In this document: positions 1-12,488 of the stretch, in pieces
How the letters are laid out: every line of letters begins with the position of its first letter
Position numbering within the stretch: position 1 is the first letter of the stretch
Assembly: GCF_052425735.1 (NCBI RefSeq)
Contig: NC_135760.1
Location: 496,001 to 560,000 of the forward strand
Direction of reading: 5' to 3'
DNA length: 64,000 nt
Source: Oculina patagonica
Lineage: Eukaryota
Program-made: the position numbers and the translations under genes
The notes under the pieces: generated by a model
Told to the model about the DNA's origin: nothing
What the model saw: only the letters and a program-made list of their open reading frames with translations
The model's database searches: none

Positions 1-628
1 CCTCGATTCTACAGTGAAAACCGCTGTGTGTTCATAACACCGTCGGCTGAACGACTGCACAATGATAAAAACAACACCATCACAGGATTTGAGACATCAT
101 ATTAAAAAATAATAATATAAAATTAAGCCCTTTTTACGATTAATTCGACAAGTGGCTGAGTTAGAAGGGAAAATTTACTACAAATAAAACACTTTTCGCT
201 GCAGAGACAAAAGATTACAATGATAGAATGGACGGCAAAATTATAAGAGCATATTTATTTATTGCAATTTTCTGGGACAATTATGTCCAAGGGGGAAAGG
301 TGAAAATATGAAAAGTAATAGAACAGACCAATTTTCAGCCGTGTTTCGTTGCTAGATGCTAATTACCATGGGTAATTAGTGGATTCACCACAGCTGCTCC
401 GGCGCGTGCTTGGAAATATTATTCAATTACGATTTTCTCAACTGAAACCCCTTTATCATTTTCTAATCACCAGGAAAAAAGACATCTGAACCAGCCTTAA
501 GACCAGCATGATGAAACAAGTATAGAAGATTGTTGGAAACGTCTTTCCTGACAGCCCTGCCCTTTTAAAAGGAAACTGATAAAAAAGTAAAGGAACACTG
601 AGTCTTGTCATAACAAGCTTAAAACGAA

Positions 629-1552
629 ATGGCGAACTCAACAAAAGATGAAAACAACATTACAGACCAAGAGTTATTTTGCACGACAGGTCTTGGAACA
701 CATCAGAAGACATTTATTTCAGCATTTAATATTCCTCTCTCCATCACCGCATTTCTAGGGAATGTACTCATCATTGCTGCTCTTCAAAAAGTGTCGTCCC
801 TTCATCCACCATCAAAAATTCTGCTTGGTTGCCTTGCCAGCACTGATCTCTGTGTGGGTCTCATAACACAACCTCTTTACGTTTCTATGAAAATGTCTCC
901 AGAACACTCCAAATATTGCCTCTATCTTAAAATCCTTTTTGAGACTATAGGTTCCATGTTTTGTGCAGTATCTTTGTTAACAATGACTGCAATAAGTATT
1001 GACAGACTTCTCGCCCTGAGGTTGCGACTTAGATACAGACAGGTAGTAACTTTGATGAGAGTGCGGCTTGTTGTTGTTTCCTTTTGGCTCTTTAGTGCTT
1101 CTGTTGCAGCTATAGTGTTTTACAACTTTCTCATTGCTTCAAGCATCGCCTGCATTATAGTGTTATTGTGCATAGTAACCTCAACCTTCTGTTATACGAA
1201 AATCTATCTTACACTTCGCCATCACCAAACTCAAGTGCAAGACCATGTTCACCAAGGACAACAGAATGGAGGAGGAATTGCACTGAATATAGCACGATAC
1301 AGAAAGACAGTGTCTAGTGCACTGTGGATACAGATGACATTACTGGCTTGTTATCTTCCATATGCTATATTCGTTGGAATAATTGCAGTCACCGGATTAA
1401 CTAAATCATCTCTCGACATCGCTTGGGCTATAACAATATCTCTGCTTTTGTTAAACTCGTCCATTAATCCATTACTGTATTGTTGGAAGATGAGGGAAGT
1501 GCGACAAGCAGCGAAGGAGACAATCAGACAGTTTTGCTGCTTTTCAAATTAA
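629..1552 (+). CDS. Intronless rhodopsin-family (class A) GPCR, melanocortin/adenosine-receptor-like anthozoan expansion; array copy 1
   Basis: 307-aa ORF with 7 hydrophobic segments: GN in TM1, LASTD in TM2, SIDRL (DRY variant), CYLP in TM6, NPLLY in TM7, then helix 8 REVRQA and a CC palmitoylation-type motif. Confidence 0.93.
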   Translation: MANSTKDENNITDQELFCTTGLGTHQKTFISAFNIPLSITAFLGNVLIIAALQKVSSLHPPSKILLGCLASTDLCVGLITQPLYVSMKMSPEHSKYCLYLKILFETIGSMFCAVSLLTMTAISIDRLLALRLRLRYRQVVTLMRVRLVVVSFWLFSASVAAIVFYNFLIASSIACIIVLLCIVTSTFCYTKIYLTLRHHQTQVQDHVHQGQQNGGGIALNIARYRKTVSSALWIQMTLLACYLPYAIFVGIIAVTGLTKSSLDIAWAITISLLLLNSSINPLLYCWKMREVRQAAKETIRQFCCFSN

Positions 1553-4500
1553 CTATCTGGTGTACTTAACAATAAGTATCCCAAGTTAAAAGCAAGCCAC
1601 AAAAATGCAATTTGTAAAGAAAAACAACAAAACAGCAACAGCACGAACACAAACAACCCCCTTGATATCGATGCTGTACATGAAAGGAGGGAAGCAGTTT
1701 AATCTGGTCAATGAAAATACGGACTTTCTCTGGGCAAGATTTTTAGGAGTAAGTTCTTCCATGGCAATGCAAAGTGAAGCAGACAGGTGACGGAAACAGA
1801 GATCATTCACTACAGGATGTGTAGTAGCCTAGACCTACCCCGACCTTTCATAGTAACGTGACATCAAAGAGACCCAATGGGTATCTCGCGATGGAAAGTC
1901 ATGTATTCAAGGGACAAAGCACAAACCGATGGCAGCGACTGGTACGAAATTGTGTGAAGTTAATTTGCCATTGTAAGACAAGCACACATATTAAACGTTG
2001 TCCTCTTTTTAAAGGAGCTAATGCCATAATATTTCAAGTCACTTTTCTTGATGTACAAAATTGATTTAATTACCTCGAGAAATAGTTTTCTACGGAAGAA
2101 GAACGCCAAAGAGGTAATATTAAATGAAAAATATACAAGGGTGGTTACAACTGAGTAAGATTAAGCCAGGTTATGAAATACAAACTTGAAAAAAATGGCC
2201 AATTTTTTGCTCTCAGCAGGTCATATAGTGAGCGAGTTTTTCTTGGTGGTTGTAAATAAGTTGTTTACAGTCACTTTTGTTTCAAAGTTTGCAGACTTTT
2301 TCCAAGATAGTTATTCTACTATTGTCACCTACAAATGTTGCCGTTACATGGAAACAGCTTCATACTTAAGGTGGGGTTTCTCTAGTGTTCTTAGTAATGA
2401 GTTGTTTTGATCAACTATTTGTTTAAATCTTAGCTAATGGTTACAAGATAAAAGCCGTCTGGTCAGTTAATGGGAATGTATTGATAGCACTACATATCAA
2501 AGACCCTTATTGATTTGTAAATACATTCATTGTAAAAGTTAAGATGGTGCATGTACTTGAGCAATGTAGTCATTCTCATGCTTTAACATAGTTTTCCTTC
2601 AACTACACATTGAATTCATAAATTATTTGCTAAGTCCACGCAGGGGCACAACCTAATTATTTTACCTTTGAAAGGCAATTCATCCTTCATTTAAGGCTTT
2701 TAGGACATTTTCAGTCTTAATAAAGCCTACCAAACACGTGAATTTTCACTTCCGGTTGCGTCAGGGTCCCAAGGTTGATTCGAACACGTAAATAGTAATA
2801 AAAAACATCAGTCTGTAATACACACTTTCGGTTTCTCTTTAACCTTTCATCAATTCTCAAGAATAGTAGACAAGTTAGTCAGTAACGAGAACTTGTATTT
2901 TGTCATGTTTTACAGCATATTAACTTAACATGTCTAATACCAGAATCTCCATACATTGCTTATATTGACTTAAATTCACGTCATATGTAATGGACAACAA
3001 AACCCAAAACAAATATTTTTTCAATTCTCCTAGCGGTTTTAATCAAGCTAGCATCTGTTGAGGTGTTTCAGAAATTTTCTCTTTGTTCGATCGGCCCTAA
3101 CGTCGCGTGTTGCCAAAACATCACTAAATTTTCAAGGCACTGAACTGAAGGCACTGTTCAAAATTAATTCATATCGAAACAGGAACACACTCAAAACTAA
3201 AAGGTATTTAACTTGCTCCGTGTTAAATAATAATTAAAAGAGATTAAGCTCCGTTCGGAAAAGGTCAGAATACGGCTGATTCTGTTTACTTTTTCTCTAA
3301 TTATGGAACAAATCCAGCAGAAAAACAGAAAAGTAATTTACTTATTCACACCAAACACGAAACTAATCACTTTGACATGTAAGCGGCAAACGGCAAGTGT
3401 TATTTTTTGCCGATCGTGGGGAAAACAAACGTGAAGCTTAATCTCTATTATAATTCGCGTTTATCCTGCTAGCTACGACTTGACACTACAAGACTACAGG
3501 AGCATTAATATTTCTCAGGTAATTTAAATGTAGCTTATCACTTTTAAAAGCACAGGGCGCAATGTAGTTTTTATCAACAAAAGAACGACAGCTTTGACTT
3601 CTGAAACAAACATCCAAATGCAACTGTCCGGCACTGAAACGAAACGGAACGGAACGAACGAGTTGGCCAGCTTGCAGTAATCACGAAAAATGCGCGATAC
3701 TTGTAAAAAGAAGTACTCTATTCCTTGGTGATTGGAAGGACTGACGAAAACGTTCGATACTCATAAATGAAGTTATCGCGATTCTCGCGTTCGGCAATTT
3801 GTCTCCAGTACAGCGACGAGTTTTACAATGGATGTTTTTCCTGACGGCTACTTCTTGACATTGTTCAGCGAGCTAAGTAATTATAATTCAAGACAGCGGC
3901 TGTCAAAGCAGACTATGATATAGTTAAAACAGAAAAGTTCACACTTTTGGACAAACTTCAGCTCAGTGTACTTGTAAAAAGAGGTCCGGGATTCTCCGGC
4001 GGGAAATAAAAGAGAGGATTAGAAACAGATCTAAAAAACAAATGATTTGCTAAAATAATTAAAGCTTGAATAAATAATAATTAATTGGGAATTCTCACTT
4101 TAAAATATTGCCACCTTTCACACCTTCTCTGAAATTTGCGAACTAGAAATTCTAACAACAACCTCTATAGCAAAACTTTGGTTTTTAATTTGCTTCAAAC
4201 TAACGTTTATCATAACAGTTGTAATTTGCTTTCTTGCACGAAATATCAGTAACAGCCGAACAACGGGCAGTGTCCAATTAACGATTGCTCGACACGAACA
4301 GGTGCCAGCCAAAAAATTATTATTATTCATTCAAAATATTTCTGTTTCTGATTGGCTTTCAATTCCCCGTTAATTCTAGCTAACCGGCTAGCGCCGACCA
4401 AATTTAGAAGAAGGTCCAATTATACGACGTCGTCCAATATCAAAAATTAACGGATCGCAACCTCGTTCCCAAGGATGATTAACCGATCGCAACCTCGCCC

Positions 4501-5011
4501 ACCCTGACCACCTTTCGGTCTTGTTACAATTTACTAGAAACGGAACACTCTGAAACCAAAATCAGAGTTGATTGCATATAACAGCGAATGAGTAAGCGAC
4601 CGTGCTTTATTGACTTTCCTCTGCTGTAAATGTCACAGTCGATACATTTTCGACCGAACAAAACTTCCCGTGAGCCAAACCACGAGCCCCAACAGCCAGC
4701 TTTAAATAAGGAAAAAAGTGGGACATGCTTGTAACACCGGGTGTTCCGTTAGCGATTGCTACATGCTAATATTACCATGCATGGGTTAGAAGTGAATTCA
4801 CTACCAACTGCTCTCATGTTTGGAAATAGTATTCGATTGCCATTTTCTACACTGAAAACCCATATCATTTTCTAATCACCAGGAAAAAGCCATCAGAACA
4901 TGCAGGTGTTAGGACCAGCACAATGAAGCAATAGACGATTGTTGGAAACGACTTACTGACAGTCCAGAACTACAGGAACGATAACTCTTGTCTTAACTAG
5001 CTCAAAACAAA

Positions 5012-5935
5012 ATGGCGAACTTAACTGAAGATGAAAGCCACATTACAGACCAAGAGTTAGTCTGTACAATAGGTCTTACAACACATCAGAAGATATCTAT
5101 TTTATCTTTTAATGTTCCTCTCTCCATCACGGCATTACTTGGGAATGTTCTCATAATTATTTCCCTTCAAAAGGTGTCGTCCCTTCATCCACCATCAAAA
5201 CTTCTGCTAGGTTGCCTGGCAAGCACCGACCTTGGTGTGGGTCTCATTACACAGCCTCTTCGCATAAGCTATTTTATGTCTCCAGAACACTCCAAGCGTT
5301 GCCACTACCTTAAAATCTTTTATGAGACTATAGGTTTAATGTTTTGTGGGGTATCTCTGTTCACACTGACTGCAATAAGTATTGACAGACTGCTCGCCTT
5401 GTTGTTGGGGCTGAGATACAGACAGGTAGTAACTTTGAGGAGAGTGCAGCTTGTTGTTGTTTCCTTTTGGCTTTTGAGTGCTGCTGTTGGAACGATAGTG
5501 TTTTTCAATTTTCTGATTGCTTCAAGCATCGCCTGCATTATAGTGTTATTGTGCATAGTAACCTCATCTTTCTGTTACACGAAAATTTATCTTACACTTC
5601 GCCATCACCAAACTCAAGTGCAAGACCATGTTCAGCAAAGACAACAGAATGGAGGAGGAATTGCACTGAATATAGCACGATACAGAAAGACAGTGTCTAG
5701 TGCACTGTGGATACAGATGACATTACTGGCTTGTTATCTTCCATATGCTATATTCGTAGGTATAATTGCAGTCACCGGATTATCTAAATCATCTCTTGAC
5801 ATCGCTTGGGCTATAACAATATCTCTGCTTTTGTTAAACTTATCCATTAATCCATTTCTGTATTGCTAGAAGTTGAGAGAGGTACGACAAGCAGTGAAGG
5901 AGACAATCACACAGTTTGGCTGCTTCTCAAGTTAA
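5012..5935 (+). pseudogene. Class A GPCR copy 2 with a premature stop (TGG>TAG) right after NPFLYC; C-terminally truncated allele or young pseudogene
   Basis: ORF 5012-5869 ends in TAG where the paralogs have TGG (Trp). The frame continues KLREVRQAVKETITQFGCFSS to TAA at 5933-5935, giving the same 924-nt length as copies 1 and 3. Confidence 0.85.
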
Positions 5936-6916
5936 TTGTTTGGTATATTTGACAGCAAGCATCGCAATTTTAAAGCAAGAACCATAAATACAATTTGTGA
6001 AGCACAGGAAAAAAGCAGCACCAACACAAACTACGCCTCTTAACTTGGTCTAAACACAATGAAGGTAACAATTTAATCTGGACAATGAAAATGGAGACTT
6101 CCTCTAGACGGGTTTGTTAGGATTTGAAATGCTTAATTTTGTTATTAACCATTTTCCAAGAAGGAAAGCGGTTATAAAAGGCGGAGAACTACAGCACTAG
6201 GCAAGGACTCTAACTCACCAGCCACATAATCTTAGAAGCGTTTTCAGCTATCACTATTACTCTGAGTAAATAATTGATCTTAATTGTAAAGTTTGTTGTT
6301 TTTAATGAAAAAAATAGAAAGAAAAGAGACAATAAAATAAACAGCAGCTGTGAAGGATTCTAACTTCTCCCCACGGAATAATTCATTATTTCAGTTTTTG
6401 TTGGCAGCTACGACTCGACTCGAAACTGCAACACATCTTTCAGCTAAAACAGTTTATCAACACAACTTTTATAACTTGTCAAATTGAAGCATTGTATTTC
6501 TATGAGCGTGTTTATCACAGCCACGGCCGGCGTTCACTAAACGGTAAGCTTTGGTATACTCGTGAATGTTCATGCAATTTTCTAATCGGTTTATTGACCC
6601 TAGGAGACAATGATCGATGGAGCGCTAGTAAAATTATTCCAGATTTCACCGTAAAGTGTATATGAAATACGTGTGTATTTGCTTGATCGAATCTAAACGG
6701 AATCGTGATGAGAACATAGGAATCGTTTTTTCTTCACCGCGTTTTAACCGTCCAAACACGTGAAATTTTACTTCCGGTTGCGTCAAAAACCGCGCAACGG
6801 CGTGCAACGTGGAGAAATAGGGCTAGTGAAGGCGTGAGTAGGAACAAGAATACTTGAATACGACTAAAACGCGGTGAGGAAAAACGATTTGGATTTTTTT
6901 TTCAATGTTCATTTTA

Positions 6917-8196
6917 GGGACGGACCATTAGAAAAGTGATAGGGGGGGGGGGGTGGGGAATTTTCGGCTTGCACGAATTTTTTTCTGTCCATTTCTTGTG
7001 CAGGAATTTTTTTTTCGGGTGAACCCTCTGCTCGAATTTTTTTTTAGACAAATGTTTTTTTAGTGAGGAAATTATTAAACATGACACGAGCGTGGGACAA
7101 AGAAAAAATCTGAGTCCCCGACGGGAGTCGAACCCATGGCCTCCCAGATAAATGTTTTTTTTTTTTTTCAGACTAATGTCATGTATTGCTACTTTATACC
7201 ATGTTTTTGACAAATATTGCTTTATTGATTATTTACTTAATTGTTTAAATATTTTAAAAATGCTGTTGTTCATTGATTTCATCCTTTTGGGACTGTCAAG
7301 AAGTACCGAAGGGGGGGGGGGGGGAGAGAGACGGGGGTCAAGGGGTGGTGCAATTGGAAAAGTGGAGGCTGAAAAATATGTGACCCACCCCTTCCTTCTA
7401 GCTCAAAACTGACTGACCCACCCCTGATCAGGGGTTGGAAATTACATGACCCACCCCACTTCTACAAAAAATAGTTAAAAAAGTATTTTTGATTGTCTGT
7501 AATGGATTAGAGGTTTTTGAATTCATATCAGCTTTTAAAGTGCGATCCCAATCATACACCACCCTGTGTCCCTAATGGACACTGTAATTCTATGCACATC
7601 TTCTTTCGCTTCTTAACACACCAAAGCAGGATGAATTTCTCACTTCGAATAGTAGATTTGTGTTTTTCACATATTTCCGTGTAAAGTCCATGAGAAATCT
7701 TAGACATAAACATATGCAAAAACTGAAACAATACGTAATAGAAATTCATAAATAATTACTACAGAAATCATATTTGACAGGAATTGACAACAGAAACTAA
7801 AACCACTCCAGTCATGTTTTGCAATCTGTTTGAGAAATGAGTTAACTGGTAAGCAATCTACGCAGGCTGGAGAGAAACGATTGAAACGAATGTTATGATC
7901 ACAGTCCACCTAGGGGCGTCTGGGGGCATGCTCCCCCAGAAAATTTTGAAATTTCTAGGCTCGGAAATGCTATTTTCAGCGTTCTCCACCATATATTTCG
8001 TAATTGATCTCATCAAGTGTTAAATGATGACAGGTATTTTCAGTGCTTAATAGGACCTTTCTTTCTGCACGAATTTTGTTTCTTTGCCTTCCCCTTTGCA
8101 CGAATTTTTTTTTCTTGCCATTTTGGCTTGCATGAATTTTTTTTTGGTTTTTTCCCCACCCCCCCCCCCCCCATCACTTTTCTAATGGTCTGTCCC
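6917..8196. mobile_element. Non-autonomous TIR element (PIF/Harbinger-like MITE) with nested insertions
   Basis: TIRs gggacggaccattagaaaagtgat / atcacttttctaatggtctgtccc, with TTA on both flanks. Confidence 0.75.
7062..7149 (-). mobile_element. 5'-truncated tRNA-derived SINE fragment nested in the MITE
   Basis: Minus strand carries a B-box (gggttcgactccc); aaatgttttttt is repeated on both sides. Related heads occur at ~12880-12955 (-) and ~34985-35120 (+). Confidence 0.6.
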
Positions 8197-8249
8197 TTAG
8201 AATCCCACATTGGTTCGAAGAAATAAATAAAATTTAAAAAATGACCATA

Positions 8250-9680
8250 ATACACAATTTAAACTTTCGGTTTCTCTTTAACATTTCATCAATTCCCAAG
8301 AATAGTCGACGTTTAATATCAAAGGCAAGTAAGTTAACCAGATAGGTGAATTTGTTTTTTGTCATGTTTTACAGCATATAAATTTAACATATGTGATACC
8401 AGAATCTCCATACATATATCGAGCTTGCTTATATTCATGTCATGTGTTATGGACAAAAAAACAGCCCAAAACCAATAATTTTTCAATCATCCCAGCGTTT
8501 TAAATAAAGAAAGCATCTGTTGAGGTGTTTCTGAAATTTTTTCTTTGTTCGGTCGGCACTAACGTTGCGTGTTGCCAACAAAACGTCACTTAAAACAGTA
8601 AATTCCACGGCGTTGAATAAAATTAATTCACATCGAAACAGGAACACACTCAAAAATTAAAAAAAGGCAGCTGCGAGGTGTTTATCTTTGCCCGTGTGGA
8701 ATAATAATTCGAGTTTATGTTGCTAGCTACGAGTTGACACTACAAGAGGAGATTTGGATTAGGTCAATATTTCTCAGGTAATTTCAATGTAGTTAATCAC
8801 TTTTAAAAGCAAGCCTCATTTATTTAAGCGTTTTAAACCTTTTAAGGCTTTTTATATATCCACAAAAGAAAAACCACTTTGACTTTTGCAACACACATTC
8901 AAATAGAACACTGGCATGTTTCAAGGGATTTCGTTTCAACTCTGATGATACTGAAACAAAACCAAACGAAACGACTGAACGAAACGGTTCGCCAGCTTGC
9001 AACAAGTAATGGCGGAAAACGCGCAAGACTTGTAAAATGAGGTGCTTCATTTCTCGGTAATTGAAAGGGTTGACGCAAACGTTCGATTCTCATAACCAAA
9101 TAAAGTTTCGGCAAAGAAAATAGGTCTCCATTAACGCGACGAGTTTACAGTGGATATTTGTCCTGACTGGTACATCTTGACAGCGTTCAGCATGCTAAAT
9201 AATAATAATTTAGATATCGTCTCTCAAGGCAGTCTATGTTATAGCTAAAAGGGTTAAATTCACACTATTGGACAAACCTTAGCTCAGTAAAATGACAAAA
9301 AAGCAAGAGGGGTTCGCCCCTCTTTCGTGTAAAGGGGAAATAATTATGTAGGTATTCATGTATGTAAATAAAAGAGGGGATTAGAAACAGATCTGGAAAA
9401 CAAAAATCAAGCGGTTTGCTAAAATAAAAAGCCAAAAGTTTAAATAATCATGAATTTACTAATTCTGGCAAACATGGCCATCTTTAATATATTCTTTGAG
9501 ATTCGCAAACTAGAAATTCAAACAACGCCCTCTTTAGCAAAACTTTGTTACTAGGTTTACTCCAGACAACGTTTATCCTACACTACTAATGTGTTGGGTT
9601 TTTTTACACTAAAGCAACCCCAAGATAGCCCAGCAGACCAATTTAGAATTAACGATTGCTCGCCATAAACAGGTGCCAGT
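8250..9680 (+). repeat. Older, diverged duplicate of intergenic ~2815-4300
   Basis: Collinear shared blocks such as actttcggtttctctttaac, cagaatctccatacat, tcgaaacaggaacacactcaaaa and ttaacgattgctcg..aacaggtgccag. Confidence 0.75.
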
Positions 9681-10246
9681 CTCAAGAAATTAACTGTCTA
9701 ACGATAATTGTGGTTATTCTGTCACTGGGTGAATTATTGAAATATAATATATGGTTTCCATGGGATCGCTGCTGGTGCCGCCGTAACCATTGTTATTTTT
9801 TCACTTTATTTGTCGTAACAAATGCATTTGAAATTCTCATAAAAACCAAAAGTGAAACAGCTTATCTGTTCAACAAGCTATATAGTTATAGTTATAGTCT
9901 CATGTAGAAGAAAAATAAAAGAGAGGATAAGAAACTGATCTAGATAGAAACAGATCTAGAAAACAAAAATCCAGCTATTCGCCAAAATAAGAAGCTTAAA
10001 GCTTGAATAATCATGAATTTAGTATTTGTACAAAAAAACAAAGCCACCGTTCATATCTTCTCTGAAACTTGCGAACAGGAAATTCAAACAAAGTCCTCTG
10101 GCCAGTCACAAAGTACGACAATACAGTGAACCAATCAAAACTCAAAGTAAATACAGGAAGTCGGCAGGAAGCGCGGGAAAACGTGTGCGAAGGAGCCACG
10201 ATTGGTTTTAGGTTTACTTCTGATTGGAACAAATTCTGAAATTCTA

Positions 10247-11800
10247 CCTCGATTCTACAGTGAAAACCACTGTGTGTTCATAACACCGTCGGCTGAACGA
10301 CTGCACAATGATAAAAACAACACCATCACAGGATTTGAGACATCATATTAAAAAATAATATAAAATTAAGCCCTTTTTACGATTAATTCGACAAGTGGCT
10401 GAGTTAGAAGGGAAAATTTACTACAAATAAAACACTTTTCGCTGCGGAGACAAAAGATTACAATGATAGAATGGACAGCAAAATTATAAGAGCATATTTA
10501 TTTATTGCAATTTTCTGGGACAATTATGTCCAAGGGGGAAAGGTGAAAATATGAAAAGTAATAGAACAGACCAATTTTCAGCCGTGTTTCGTTGCTAGAT
10601 GCTAATTACCATGGGTAATTAGTGGATTCACCACAGCTGCTCCGGCGCGTGCTTGGAAATATTATTCAATTACGATTTTCTCAACTGAAACCCCTTTATC
10701 ATTTTTTAATCACCAGGAAAAAAGACATCTGAACCAGTCTTAAGACCAGCATGATGAAACAAGTATAGAAAATTATTGGAAACGTATTTCCTGACAGCCC
10801 TGCCCTTTTAAAAGAAAACTGATAAAAACTAAAGGAACACTGAGTCTTGTCGAAACAAGCTTAAAACGAAATGGCGAACTTAACAGAAGATGAAAACAAC
10901 ATTACAGACCAAGAGTTATTTTGCACGACAGGTCTTGGAACACATCACAAGACATTTATTTCAGCATTTAATATTCCACTCTCCATCACAGCATTTCTAG
11001 GGAATGTTATCATCATTGTTGCTCTTCAAAAAGTGTCGTCCCTTCATCCACCATCAAAAATTCTGCTAGGTTGCCTTGCCAGTACTGATCTCTGTGTGGG
11101 TCTCATAACACAACCTCTTTACGTTTCTATGAAAATGTCTCCAGACCACTCCAAATATTGCCTCTATCTTAAAATCCTTTTTGAGACTATAGGGTCCATG
11201 TTTTGTGCAGTATCTCTGTTAACAATGACTGCAATAAGCATAGACAGACTTCTCGCCCTGACGTTGCGACTAAGATACAGACAGGTAGTAACTTTGATGA
11301 GAGTGCGGCTTGTTGTTGTTTCCTTTTGGCTTTTTAGTGCTTCTGTTGCAATGATAGTGTTTTACAACTTTCTTATTGCTTCAAGCATCGCCTGCATTAT
11401 AGTGTTATTGTGCATAGTAACCTCAACCTTCTGTTATACGAAAATCTATCTTACACTTCGCCATCATCAAACTCAAGTGCAAGACCATGTTCAGCAAGGA
11501 CAACAGAATGGAGGAGGAATTGCACTGAATATAGCACGATACAGAAAGACAGTGTCTAGTGCACTGTGGATACAGATGACATTACTGGCTTGTTATCTTC
11601 CATATGCTATATTCGTTGGTATAATTGCAGTCACCGGATTAACTAAATCATCTCTCGACATCGCTTGGGCTATAACAATATCTCTGCTTTTGTTAAACTC
11701 GTCTATTAATCCATTACTGTATTGTTGGAAGATGAGGGAAGTAAGACAAGCAGTGAAGGAGACAATCAGACAGTTTTGCTGCTTTTCAAATTAACTATCC
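10247..11800 (+). repeat. Recent segmental duplication of window positions 1 to ~1556 (GPCR upstream region plus CDS)
   Basis: Sequence from cctcgattctacagtgaaaacc (~10247) onward matches position 1 onward almost base for base through the GPCR stop. Confidence 0.9.
10871..11794 (+). CDS. Intronless class A GPCR, array copy 3 (near-identical to copy 1)
   Basis: 307-aa ORF with the same motifs, differing from copy 1 at only a handful of residues; about 620 bp of upstream sequence is also duplicated. Confidence 0.93.
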   Translation: MANLTEDENNITDQELFCTTGLGTHHKTFISAFNIPLSITAFLGNVIIIVALQKVSSLHPPSKILLGCLASTDLCVGLITQPLYVSMKMSPDHSKYCLYLKILFETIGSMFCAVSLLTMTAISIDRLLALTLRLRYRQVVTLMRVRLVVVSFWLFSASVAMIVFYNFLIASSIACIIVLLCIVTSTFCYTKIYLTLRHHQTQVQDHVQQGQQNGGGIALNIARYRKTVSSALWIQMTLLACYLPYAIFVGIIAVTGLTKSSLDIAWAITISLLLLNSSINPLLYCWKMREVRQAVKETIRQFCCFSN

Positions 11801-12259
11801 TAAGTTGAAAGCAAGCCACAAAAATGCAACTTTTAAAGAAAAAAAGAAAAAAAAGCAGCATAACAACAATACCTCCAGCTCTACATGAAAAGGGGTAACA
11901 GTTTAATCTGGTCAATGAAAATACAGACTTTCTTTGGGCAAGATTTTTATGAGTAAGTTATCCCATTTGCTAAGTGATGAACATTTAATTTGCCTTCTTA
12001 TCAGCAATACAAAGCGAGGCAGCGAAGTGACGGAAACAGGAAATCGTTCACTGCAGGATGTAATAGCCTGGACCTATCCCCGACCTTTCATACTAACGTT
12101 AAATCAAAGAGACCCAATGGGTATCTCGCGATGGAAATTCACTGAAGTCAAGAGGGCCAAAGCACAAACCGATGGCAGCAGCACATACGAAATTGGGTGA
12201 AGTTAATTTGTAGTTCTAAGAACGTCTGGCCTAAGTATAAGTACACTTAAATGTATAAA

Positions 12260-12488
12260 TATAAGTTTCAGTGGCAGCTCCGAAATTTGGAATGTTCTAC
12301 CCGTGGAGCTCGTCAAGCGACATCACTTGACTGTTTCAAATCTCAACTTAAAACTTATCTTTTTAAGAAGTATTTTTATAATCTATAACTTTATTTTTAT
12401 TTTCATAAGATGTAAAGCGCTATTGATCAGAACATGAAAATATGCGCTATATAAATTAGCAAATTATTATTATTATTATTATTATTAC
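12260..12488 (+). mobile_element. L2/CR1-type LINE 3' tail
   Basis: Degenerate ORF2 C-terminus (tggaat..ctaccc..ttcaaatctcaacttaaaacttatctttt), a tgtaaagcgc..gcgctatataa stem-loop and an (ATT)n tail. Confidence 0.65.
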
